Source: an uncultured bacterium
GTDB lineage: Bacteria > SAR324 > NAC60-12
NCBI GenBank assembly: GCA_964010765.1
Contig: CAXGMD010000074.1
Location: forward strand, 1 to 16,919
DNA: 16,919 bases
Direction of reading: 5' to 3'
Shown: piece after piece, positions 1 to 7,898 of the stretch
Numbering within the stretch: the stretch's first letter is position 1
Layout: every line of letters begins with the position of its first letter
Notes under the pieces: generated by a model
Seen by the model: only the letters and a program-made list of their open reading frames with translations
What the model was told of the DNA's origin: nothing
Databases searched by the model: none
Position numbers and translations under genes: made by a program

Positions 1-1
1 A

Positions 2-2032
2 ATCAGAGCCTCTAGCATCAACGGAATCTCCACCTGTTTCAGTATTGATTTTAACCTCTCCAAGTTCAGTTGATTCTTCAGCCAATTTTTGTTTTGATTC
101 AGGATTGACTACTCTAGCAGTTTGTTTAGTGACCGAAGTTTTTTCAAGAGAAAGCAAACCCACTTCTCCACCAATCTCACCCACTGCAAGTAGTTCTTTC
201 TCAGGTTCAACAGATGCCGCCACTAATGCTGTCTTAGAATTTTTGATTATTCTAAGTGGGGTGCCAGACGCAACTTCCCAAAGTCTAACGGTCTTATCTT
301 GGGAAACAGATACTAGTTGCTCTCCATAACCATCAAAAAATATCTGATGGACAATATCGCTGTGACCAACAATGACGTGTAAGAGGCTTGGCCTCTGAGG
401 ATTTGCCAAATCCCAAATCTTCACCAATCCTTCTTGACCTGATGTAGCTAGCAAAGGTTTGTGAGGATGAAATACAATATCTGTTAGATTTCTTTCGTGG
501 GCAGATGTACTTCCAACAAGAGTTGCATCTGTAGTGCGCCATATCTTGAAGGTTCTATCAACTGATCCTGTAGCCAGCAACTCACCATCTGGAGAAATAG
601 CCACGGCTGTCACTTGATCTTCATGCTCCTGCCGTTGAAAATTCATCCTCTTTGAGTTTGCATCCCAAAGAACCCACTTTCCATCAGAACCACCACTCAC
701 CAAGGTGTTACCATCTTTGCTGAAGGCTATCGCATTTACTTTGCCTTGATGCCCAGAAAGTTCGCTTGCTGGCTCATCCTCATCTAGATTCCAGAAAAGA
801 ATCTTCCCATCAGCCCCAGCTGTCACAAAGCTTGGTCCAATGGGCGAAAACTCCAGAGACTGCACTCTATGGTTCTTGGTATCAAAGTTTTTTTCTTCCA
901 GTTTGCTCTGAAGATTCCAAAGCTTCATAGTTTTGTCCAAGGAAGCAGTGACCAATCGATTACCATCTGGACTTAAGCCCAAACCTGAGATTGGTCGATC
1001 ATGTGCTAGAATTGATTCCCACTGAAACAATCTACCAGCCTGCCAAATTTGGATTTGACCTTTTTGGAGTGCAGCCATCACATTCGCTCCAGTTTTATCG
1101 AACCGGACCTGATTAGCTGGCGATTCTAGTTGAATTTTTTCTGGCAGTGCTCCTCCTGCGCGAAAATTCCAAAATCTGATTACTGATTCTTCAGAAGCTG
1201 TGATCAAAGTTTGTGCATCTGGATGCAAGTCCAAATCATGAACGGGTTTTCCAGTTTCTAAACGGAAGCCCATTTCCTCCTTATCCCAATCCCATACGAT
1301 CACGGTTCCATCAGTAGACCCTGATAATAAACGATCACCCAATTTATTGAATCGAAGTACACTAATTCTTCCAAAATGCTCACGAAACTCCCGAACAAGA
1401 GAAAAATTAGGGAAGCTCCATAGACGTAGTGTTCCCTCTTGGTCTGCACTGGCCAGTAGGTCACCTTTCGGATGAAGTGCAAGCGCAACAACTTCCGCAG
1501 GATGGGCACCGATCATTTGCTTTTCGATGACCCCTTTTTCCTGATTCCAATAAATTATCGAACCGTCAACACTGCCACTGAATAGTTCTGTGCCATCAAT
1601 ATTTTGAGCTAGGGCACTAACTGCGGTCAAATGGCCTCGCAAAACTTCCTGCTCAATACCTCGCTCCAGATCCCAGATTCTAACGGTCGAATCCATGCCA
1701 CCTGTGACCAGTTGTTGAGTCGTTGGATTTGATAAGAGTTCTTTCGGCCCATGACTCGCTGCGCTGATGTTTTTGAGGCGTTGTCCTGTTAAACCTTTCC
1801 AAACGGTAATGTTTGACGCATCATCCAAACTCACGATGAATTGATCTTCTGCACTGTAGATAGCCTTTTGAATCTTTCTTCCCTCTTGATCAATCATTTG
1901 AAAAAGTTGAAATTCTTCGGCTTGTACAAAACCACTGAAGAAAAGCATCATGACCAAACAAAGGTTCAAAGGGACATTCATGAAGAGCGTGCAAAGTTTC
2001 TGTAGGCGTGATATTGAATTCGTCTTTTGCAT
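2..2032 (-). CDS. Secreted/periplasmic WD40-repeat protein, about 14 repeats; 3' end lies beyond the left edge (partial, 677 codons in window)
   Basis: Not in the ORF track. Manual minus-strand translation from ATG 2032 (alternative ATG 1981) showed no stop to the window edge: MQKTNSISRLQKLCTLFMNVPLNLCLVMMLFFSGFVQA|EEFQ... followed by WD40 units such as LVTGGMDSTVRIWD, LRGHLTAVSAL...FSGSVDGSIIYWN, AHDRPISGLGLSPDGNRLVTASLDKTMKLWN, SGHQGKVNAIAFSKDGNTLVSGGSDGKWVLWD and VGHSDIVHQIFFDGYGEQLVSVSQDKTVRLWE, then a charged linker. Confidence 0.93.
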   Translation of the reverse strand, partial: MQKTNSISRLQKLCTLFMNVPLNLCLVMMLFFSGFVQAEEFQLFQMIDQEGRKIQKAIYSAEDQFIVSLDDASNITVWKGLTGQRLKNISAASHGPKELLSNPTTQQLVTGGMDSTVRIWDLERGIEQEVLRGHLTAVSALAQNIDGTELFSGSVDGSIIYWNQEKGVIEKQMIGAHPAEVVALALHPKGDLLASADQEGTLRLWSFPNFSLVREFREHFGRISVLRFNKLGDRLLSGSTDGTVIVWDWDKEEMGFRLETGKPVHDLDLHPDAQTLITASEESVIRFWNFRAGGALPEKIQLESPANQVRFDKTGANVMAALQKGQIQIWQAGRLFQWESILAHDRPISGLGLSPDGNRLVTASLDKTMKLWNLQSKLEEKNFDTKNHRVQSLEFSPIGPSFVTAGADGKILFWNLDEDEPASELSGHQGKVNAIAFSKDGNTLVSGGSDGKWVLWDANSKRMNFQRQEHEDQVTAVAISPDGELLATGSVDRTFKIWRTTDATLVGSTSAHERNLTDIVFHPHKPLLATSGQEGLVKIWDLANPQRPSLLHVIVGHSDIVHQIFFDGYGEQLVSVSQDKTVRLWEVASGTPLRIIKNSKTALVAASVEPEKELLAVGEIGGEVGLLSLEKTSVTKQTARVVNPESKQKLAEESTELGEVKINTETGGDSVDARGSD

Positions 2033-2093
2033 AATTCGATCTGAGTTCACGAACTTGAAGATTAAGATTTCTGTTTTCAAACTATGATGATTT

Positions 2094-2882
2094 ATGACGC
2101 TTCCAGCATCACCACTCCCCGAGGGTCCTGAAAAAGATGTGGCGATGCCACTGACCGATCACCTAACCGAACTAAGACGCCGGCTCATCATTTCGGTAGC
2201 TGTCGTTTTTGGCGGATTTGTAGTTGCGACTTCTTGTGAAATGGAGTTTCAGCAGCCAATTTTAAGCCTCTTTAGGCGGCCACTCGATGCACGGAATATT
2301 CCTCTGGTCTTTGACGAATTGACTGAGCCATTCTTCACTTATTTAGCAATCGGGCTGTATACATCGCTCTTTTTGACATTTCCCGTTGTTCTCTCACAGT
2401 TATGGTTGTTTATCAGCCCCGCCCTCTACAATCATGAAAGAAAAGCATTCTGGCCGTTCCTTCTGGTTTCGTATCCACTTTTTGTTGGTGGTGGAATGTT
2501 TGGTTATTTTGCAGTGCTGCCTTTTGGATACGATTTTTTCCTCGGATTTGAGAACCAATTCACACTTCCCTCCCTTCGGATGGGTGCATACTTATCGCTC
2601 ACGGTAAAGTTACTTTTTGCTTTCGGTCTCATCTTTGAGCTCCCAACGATCATCTACATTCTAGCGAGAATGGGACTTGTTGAAGCAGAATGGCTCAGGC
2701 AAAATCGGAAGTACTCCCTAGTCATTGTGTTTATTCTAGCAGCAATCCTCACCCCACCTGATGTCGTGACTCAGACTCTGATGGCTGGACCACTGATTAT
2801 CCTTTATGAAATAAGTATTTGGATCGCAAAAGTAGCTTCCCCCAACGAAAAGAAACCTGAGAACCATTCAGAATCTTCTTAA
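2094..2882 (+). CDS. tatC: Twin-arginine translocase subunit TatC
   Basis: MPLTDHLTELRRRL N-terminal motif, QLWLFISPALYNHERK, FGLIFELP, AAILTPPDVVTQ..MAGPLIILYE; multiple TM segments. Confidence 0.96.
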   Translation: MTLPASPLPEGPEKDVAMPLTDHLTELRRRLIISVAVVFGGFVVATSCEMEFQQPILSLFRRPLDARNIPLVFDELTEPFFTYLAIGLYTSLFLTFPVVLSQLWLFISPALYNHERKAFWPFLLVSYPLFVGGGMFGYFAVLPFGYDFFLGFENQFTLPSLRMGAYLSLTVKLLFAFGLIFELPTIIYILARMGLVEAEWLRQNRKYSLVIVFILAAILTPPDVVTQTLMAGPLIILYEISIWIAKVASPNEKKPENHSESS

Positions 2883-2891
2883 TTTGCCATA

Positions 2892-4352
2892 ATGAATTGG
2901 CATACCATCTTTCATCGTCTGCAGTGGATTTTGGGAGGAATTTCAATTGTTTTAATCCTCCCAACAATCTACGCACTTTTCGAAGATGTTGATTCGACTC
3001 CTGCCTATTTGCTCCCATCGGCTATTTCCCTAATTTTGGCCTTTTTGCTGAAAAGATTCCATCACAGTGGTGGGATCTTTCGACTTAGGGAAGGCCTAGT
3101 TTTCCTGTTTTTAAGTTACTTAATCACAATCTTTATTTTCGCTATTCCAATCTGGCTGATTGCAGATGTCAGCTACTCTGAAGCTCTTTTTGAATCTACT
3201 TCTGGAGTCACAACTAGCGGTGCAACAGTTTTCGAAGATGTTGAATCCTTGGCAGCCCATCTTCAATTTTGGAGGGCATTTATTCAGTCCATTGGTGGCC
3301 TAGCGACCATACTCCTCTTCCTATATGTCCCACCAATTATTGGAGTGGCTGGGCTACAACTTAGTCGTCAAGAAAGTCTCCGAATTCAATCTCCAGGAAC
3401 TCAGTTTGGCAAGAAAGTTTGGGGGATCCCTCAAATCCTTTTCAAAATCTTATTCATTTACATCTCCCTGCATATTCTGAGTTCTATTTGGATGGTTCTA
3501 GGTGGTTTGGACCTACATGATGCGATTTGTCATTCATTTGGGATATGGGCTACGTCTGGATTCAGTAATTACAATGATGGATGGGCAGCTTTTGGAACGC
3601 CATTCTTAGAGTGGGGTGCCATCTTATTTATGATCACCGCAGGAACGAACATTCTTTTTGTAGTCCGACTTCACAGTCAAAATTGGCAAAACATTCACAA
3701 TGAATCTGAATGGCTCTGGTACCTATTGGCGGTGTCTCTTCTTTCAGTCACTTGCGCAATGTTTCTGAATTTTGGAGACAATTTCTTGAATTTTGAAGAA
3801 TCTTTACGCGATGGCCTCTTCCAAACAATCTCAATGGTCACAAACACTGGAATTCAATTCGAGTCTTACTTAAATTGGCCAGTGGGAGCTCAAGCCATTC
3901 TCTTTTTAGCGCTGTTTATCGGGGCTTGTACTGGTTCGAGTTCAAGTGGGATGCGGATGCAGCAGTTGGTGGTTATGTGGAAGTATCTCTATTCATTGAG
4001 TCGGAGAGTCTTACAACCAATGGCGATTATACCCATCAGGATCAATGGTAAAACTGTTGGTGAAGATGCCTTTCAGGCAATTCTTGGTTTGTTTGGAGTG
4101 CATCTACTGGTGAGTTTGCTAGGCGGATTCCTCTTAACGATTCTTTCTGATTTAGATATTTTCAGTTCTTGGCAAATGGTATTGGTTTGTCTATGGAATT
4201 TAGGAACTGGCTTTGGATTATCTCACAACCCGGCTCTGGCAGCTACCTTACCTGATGTAGCCAAGGTTCCACTTATGTTTATTATGTTGTTAGGAAGATT
4301 GGAATTATTCGTTGTTCTGTTACTGTGCATGCCCAGTTTCTGGAAGAGTTGA
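2892..4352 (+). CDS. trkH: Trk-type K+ uptake membrane subunit TrkH (divergent)
   Basis: Four pore-loop glycine motifs (FESTSGVTTSGAT, WATSGFS, VTNTGI, LWNLGTG) and C-terminal MLLGRLE; 486 aa and hydrophobic; starts 9 bp after the tatC stop. Confidence 0.9.
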   Translation: MNWHTIFHRLQWILGGISIVLILPTIYALFEDVDSTPAYLLPSAISLILAFLLKRFHHSGGIFRLREGLVFLFLSYLITIFIFAIPIWLIADVSYSEALFESTSGVTTSGATVFEDVESLAAHLQFWRAFIQSIGGLATILLFLYVPPIIGVAGLQLSRQESLRIQSPGTQFGKKVWGIPQILFKILFIYISLHILSSIWMVLGGLDLHDAICHSFGIWATSGFSNYNDGWAAFGTPFLEWGAILFMITAGTNILFVVRLHSQNWQNIHNESEWLWYLLAVSLLSVTCAMFLNFGDNFLNFEESLRDGLFQTISMVTNTGIQFESYLNWPVGAQAILFLALFIGACTGSSSSGMRMQQLVVMWKYLYSLSRRVLQPMAIIPIRINGKTVGEDAFQAILGLFGVHLLVSLLGGFLLTILSDLDIFSSWQMVLVCLWNLGTGFGLSHNPALAATLPDVAKVPLMFIMLLGRLELFVVLLLCMPSFWKS

Positions 4353-6143
4353 AGACTGTTGTTGTTCAAGAGTTTTTAACAATTGGGCATAAATTCCATT
4401 GAGTGAGACCAATTCTGCATGATTTCCCCTCTCTGCGATGAGACCATTTGAAATCACAAGAATGTTTGTAGAGTGGCGGATTGTGCTCAACCGATGAGCT
4501 ATGGCGATAACAGTCTTGTACTTGAAAATCCTCTCGATCGCTTTCTGAATCAAATTTTCGGTCACTGAATCCACTGAGCTTGTTGCCTCATCCAGGACAA
4601 AGAGATCAGATTTACCTGCAATAGCTCTTGCAAATACAATCAGTCTCGCTTGACCTTCAGAGAGGTTTTTTCCATTTTCGAGAAGTTGAAAATCAAATTT
4701 CCCTGGTAATTTTTCAATGAATTCGTTGGCGTAAACATATCGCGCAGCTTCATCAACCTCATTCGATCCCACAATCGCCCTGCCCAATGAAATGTTGAAT
4801 CCAACACTCTCTTCAAACAAGTAAGTTTCTTGTTGTAATAGAGCAATCAGGCGTTGAAGTTTTCCTGTAGGGATTGAAGATAACTCGACTCCATTGATTC
4901 TAATTGAGCCTTCATAATTAGTGTAGGTTCTGGTCAAGATTCTAAGAATAGTTGATTTGCCCGACCCCGTTGTACCAACAATTGCAACTCTGTCCCCTTT
5001 GTTTACTTCAAAAGTGATTCCTTTGAGGACATAGGGGGAGTTGGGAGAATAACGAAAACGAACATTTTCAAATGTCAGATTCTCAAAGACTTCTAATTTT
5101 TTGGTGATTTCATTTTGTAATTGCGTTTCTGAGAGAGCCACATCTGTTTCTTCTCTAAACAATTTCTCGATATTTTCCAACGATGACATTGCTCTCTGAA
5201 AAACCGTCAGTTGTTGCGTAAACTCTCGGATAGGTACAAAGATTCGGTTCAATGTATTTATAAATCCAATCAGGGTACCTACTGTAACAGTTCCATCCAG
5301 AATTTCATGGGCGCCATACCAGATCATCAGTGCCATAGCGATAGAGGTAATTCCCTCAATGACAGAGAATAGGGTAGCATCGTAGAAATTAGAGCGCGAT
5401 TGTGCGTGAAGGAAATGCTGTGTTTTTTCCTCATATTGCTTCTGCACTTTGCTTTCAGTGGCATAAAGCTGGACTGTTTTTACGCCGTTTAAACACTCCT
5501 GTAGAAAACCCGTTGCCAGAGCTAGGGCTTCCCGAGTCAAGTTGTAGTAAAGACGGAGTTTTGCTCCCAGATAATTACTGATGAAATAAATGACCGGCAA
5601 GATGAACAAAACGATCAATGTTAACTGCCAACTGAAATAAAGCAGAACTCCAAGGAGGGCGACAGTTTTGAGTAAATCCGTAAAAATCGATAAAACCCCA
5701 GCAGCTAAGGATTCCCCTAGTGCCTCGAGGTCAGTGGTGATTCTGGTAAGAATTACTCCAACGGGTCTTTGATCAAAGAAGATTCTTGGTAAAGAGAGAA
5801 TGTGCTTGTAGAGTTCCTTGCGAAGTTCGTAGATTGCAAGTTGTCCAGTCTTTTGAAGCGAAAAGGTGTAAACCGCATCCGCCACATAGCCTAAAGTAAT
5901 GACACCTGCCGAAGCCCAGATCAACTCACTGAAGCCTTCAAATTGCCCCTTCATCAAATGATCATCGACAATTCTAATCACTAACCAAGGCAGCAGTAGC
6001 GTTGCTCCGACTGTAATTGGAATCGCGGTAAATCCTAGTAGGATCCAACGCCAGTTTGGCCACCAATAAGATAGAAATCTTGAAAAAGCCTGGGCGTCTC
6101 TATCTTTTGATAAATTAGAATCAGGTATTTTTCTGGTATTCAG
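4320..6143 (-). CDS. ABC exporter half-transporter (TMD-NBD), MdlB/TM288/YheH-like; start uncertain (CTG 6143 proposed, ORF track uses GTG 5981)
   Basis: Walker A GTTGSGKST, signature LSEGQ, Walker B/D-loop LFVLDEATSSVD, H-loop IAHRLSTI. The frame stays open upstream of 5981 to 6194 and encodes AFSRFLSYWWPNWRWILLGFTAIPITVGATLLLPWLVIRIVD, which looks like the elbow helix plus TM1. Family call is strong; start coordinate is tentative. Confidence 0.85.
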   Translation of the reverse strand: MNTRKIPDSNLSKDRDAQAFSRFLSYWWPNWRWILLGFTAIPITVGATLLLPWLVIRIVDDHLMKGQFEGFSELIWASAGVITLGYVADAVYTFSLQKTGQLAIYELRKELYKHILSLPRIFFDQRPVGVILTRITTDLEALGESLAAGVLSIFTDLLKTVALLGVLLYFSWQLTLIVLFILPVIYFISNYLGAKLRLYYNLTREALALATGFLQECLNGVKTVQLYATESKVQKQYEEKTQHFLHAQSRSNFYDATLFSVIEGITSIAMALMIWYGAHEILDGTVTVGTLIGFINTLNRIFVPIREFTQQLTVFQRAMSSLENIEKLFREETDVALSETQLQNEITKKLEVFENLTFENVRFRYSPNSPYVLKGITFEVNKGDRVAIVGTTGSGKSTILRILTRTYTNYEGSIRINGVELSSIPTGKLQRLIALLQQETYLFEESVGFNISLGRAIVGSNEVDEAARYVYANEFIEKLPGKFDFQLLENGKNLSEGQARLIVFARAIAGKSDLFVLDEATSSVDSVTENLIQKAIERIFKYKTVIAIAHRLSTIRHSTNILVISNGLIAERGNHAELVSLNGIYAQLLKTLEQQQSSTLPETGHAQ

Positions 6144-6194
6144 AGCAGAGATGAATTTGAAAAAAGGATGATGAAAATCTTTATTGGGTTGAAC

Positions 6195-6950
6195 TTAGCT
6201 AAACTTTAATTCAGTTCTTCGGCCTTGCGGGTCAATTCGCCAATATTCTCTGGTGCTTAGCCAATCTGGGATAATATGGAGTGATTTGGAGGAGTCTCGC
6301 ATCGAATACTCAAATCTTTCATGGAAATGCCCCAGAAAAAACTCATCTACTTCTTTTAAAGAAGCCTCAGCAAATTCTTCTAAGCGTTTTATTGGTAAAT
6401 GGATCTTAAATGCCTGATTGGATTGAGCCATTTTTGCCTCCAAGCTTTCTGCTATTTTGTTAGCAATTAAACTCGGGAGACATCTGAAAAGGATCTCAAA
6501 TGGTTGAGAATGAGAAAGTGCATACCACCGGAGATAATTCTTGTCATCTCGATTGACCTGATCCCCATGCTCAAAACCAAATCGCTTGCTTCCCCATGTT
6601 AAAAAGCCCCTCCCCAATGCAACTTGACTGAATGGCAACTCTGATTTCTTTAGCTGCTCTTGATTTCTTGGCAGCAGGAATTCACGGTTTCCAGCCACTA
6701 GAATCACATTGTTGGACCTTTCAGATAATCTACGAAAGGCTTTCAAGACTTCTCTATGAAGATGCGTCCAATATCGCTGATCAGCTAACCAAAGCTTAAA
6801 AAGATCACCTAAGCATATCAAAGTATGGACGTCATTTAGTGAATCCAAGAAATCAATGAATTCACCATAAGGTGCAGAATCGTAATCAAGGTGAGAATCG
6901 GTCACTAAGTAAAGGTTTCCGACGGGATCATGTATTGAGATGTCAAACAT
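6195..6950 (-). CDS. lpxH: UDP-2,3-diacylglucosamine diphosphatase-like calcineurin-family metallophosphoesterase
   Basis: Motifs TDSHL, LGDLFKLW, AGNREFLL, EHGDQVNRDDKNY and LGHFH match LpxH (DxH, GDLFxxW, GNRD, HGD..DD..Y, GHxH). ATG 6950 overlaps the upstream TGA (ATGTTTGA) and is preferred over TTG 6971. Confidence 0.75.
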   Translation of the reverse strand: MFDISIHDPVGNLYLVTDSHLDYDSAPYGEFIDFLDSLNDVHTLICLGDLFKLWLADQRYWTHLHREVLKAFRRLSERSNNVILVAGNREFLLPRNQEQLKKSELPFSQVALGRGFLTWGSKRFGFEHGDQVNRDDKNYLRWYALSHSQPFEILFRCLPSLIANKIAESLEAKMAQSNQAFKIHLPIKRLEEFAEASLKEVDEFFLGHFHERFEYSMRDSSKSLHIIPDWLSTREYWRIDPQGRRTELKFS

Positions 6951-7893
6951 TCTGTGGAACGAATTCGGCAAAACTTGCTTCGTGTAGTTTTCTTATTTCG
7001 AGATCAGGGATTTGGTATAAAATTTCTTGAGCTTCGTCCAAAAACTTCTGCATCACGGATAACGTTTTTTCTTTTGGATATCCCTTCAATTTACCTTTCA
7101 ACTCTGAAATCCCTTTCTCATTGGGGTTTTCTATTTTTATCTGCCAACTTGCTAGTTCTGGATCAGATAATTCACTCAACCAAATAACCAATGGGAAAAA
7201 GCTGAGTTTCGCAGAAATTTTCTCCTCTAACAGCTGTGGATCATCAAGAATTTGAAGATCATTTTTAAGAATTAGGGCAACACCCCATTTTTCACCAAAA
7301 GTCATTAGTTGTTGTTGTAAATTAGAGTTAGCTCCTCCCCAGATAGCACCACATTTTGCCGCTGCAGCCAATAAGCTAGCATCTTTTTCCCTGTAGACCT
7401 GCAAACATTTTTCAGGATCATTCTTAGAAGAAGCCCTTTCGGAAACTTCTAGGATTTGTCCCCTGGCGATATTTCTAGTAGCCCATGAGACGCATTGCAG
7501 AATTTCAATTTGCTCCAATCGTGTAAGAATTTGAAATGAAATTGAGAGTAGATAGTCCCCGAGTAATAGACTTGCTTCATTGCCCCACAAACTATCCAGA
7601 CTTCTCATTTGCCTTCTTGTTTGATTCGTCTCCGTAATGTTGCGATGAAGCACAGATGCAATATGCAAAAACTCTAGAGTACTCGCGGTGTGATAGGCGG
7701 CCTCAGGCTGGTCAGGTTGAAAAAGTTCAGAACACCTTAAAAGAAGAAAAGATCGGTATGGAGTGTGATGTGAGTCAATCAAGTAACGAATGATATCAGA
7801 CAGGAAGGGAACAGGACCTTGGAGATTAGTTTTAATCGCAGAATTGATTCTTTGAATTTCTGACTCGAACAATAATGAAGAGGAATCCGACAT
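6943..7893 (-). CDS. Trans-isoprenyl diphosphate synthase (IspB-like) homologue lacking both DDxxD motifs; predicted non-catalytic
   Basis: Scaffold motifs retained (LEFLHIASVLH, TRR, WGNEASLLLGDYLLS, IARGQILE, FGEKWGVA). First Asp-rich motif reads RNITE, second reads NDLQI, and KT reads KD. The ORF is uninterrupted at 316 aa. Confidence 0.88.
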   Translation of the reverse strand: MSDSSSLLFESEIQRINSAIKTNLQGPVPFLSDIIRYLIDSHHTPYRSFLLLRCSELFQPDQPEAAYHTASTLEFLHIASVLHRNITETNQTRRQMRSLDSLWGNEASLLLGDYLLSISFQILTRLEQIEILQCVSWATRNIARGQILEVSERASSKNDPEKCLQVYREKDASLLAAAAKCGAIWGGANSNLQQQLMTFGEKWGVALILKNDLQILDDPQLLEEKISAKLSFFPLVIWLSELSDPELASWQIKIENPNEKGISELKGKLKGYPKEKTLSVMQKFLDEAQEILYQIPDLEIRKLHEASFAEFVPQNV

Positions 7894-7898
7894 GGGTT

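Noticed and set aside
45..1509. Short ORFs 45-329(+), 333-542(-) and 1300-1509(-)
   Set aside because: Antisense or off-frame shadows of the long WD40 ORF, with no recognisable motifs.
1919..2032. WD40 protein as a Tat substrate because it neighbours tatC
   Set aside because: The N-region (SRLQKL) has no twin-arginine S/T-R-R-x-F-L-K motif; it looks Sec-type.
2044..2055. AGTTC-AC-GAACT as a LexA box
   Set aside because: Orientation and spacing match neither GAAC-N4-GTTC nor GTTC-N7-GTTC, and the flanking genes are not SOS genes.
4320..4352. LPETG near the ABC exporter C-terminus as a sortase LPxTG signal
   Set aside because: No following hydrophobic segment or basic tail, it sits on a cytoplasmic NBD, and it is constrained by the trkH overlap.
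7237..7263. NDLQILDDP as a terpene cyclase NSE/DTE motif or a shifted DDxxD
   Set aside because: It lacks the S/T at position 5 and E at position 9; DDPQL is not DDxxD; the first Asp-rich motif is also absent.
6943..7893. Calling the prenyltransferase a pseudogene
   Set aside because: No frameshift or internal stop, normal length, tight spacing with both neighbours and retained scaffold motifs.
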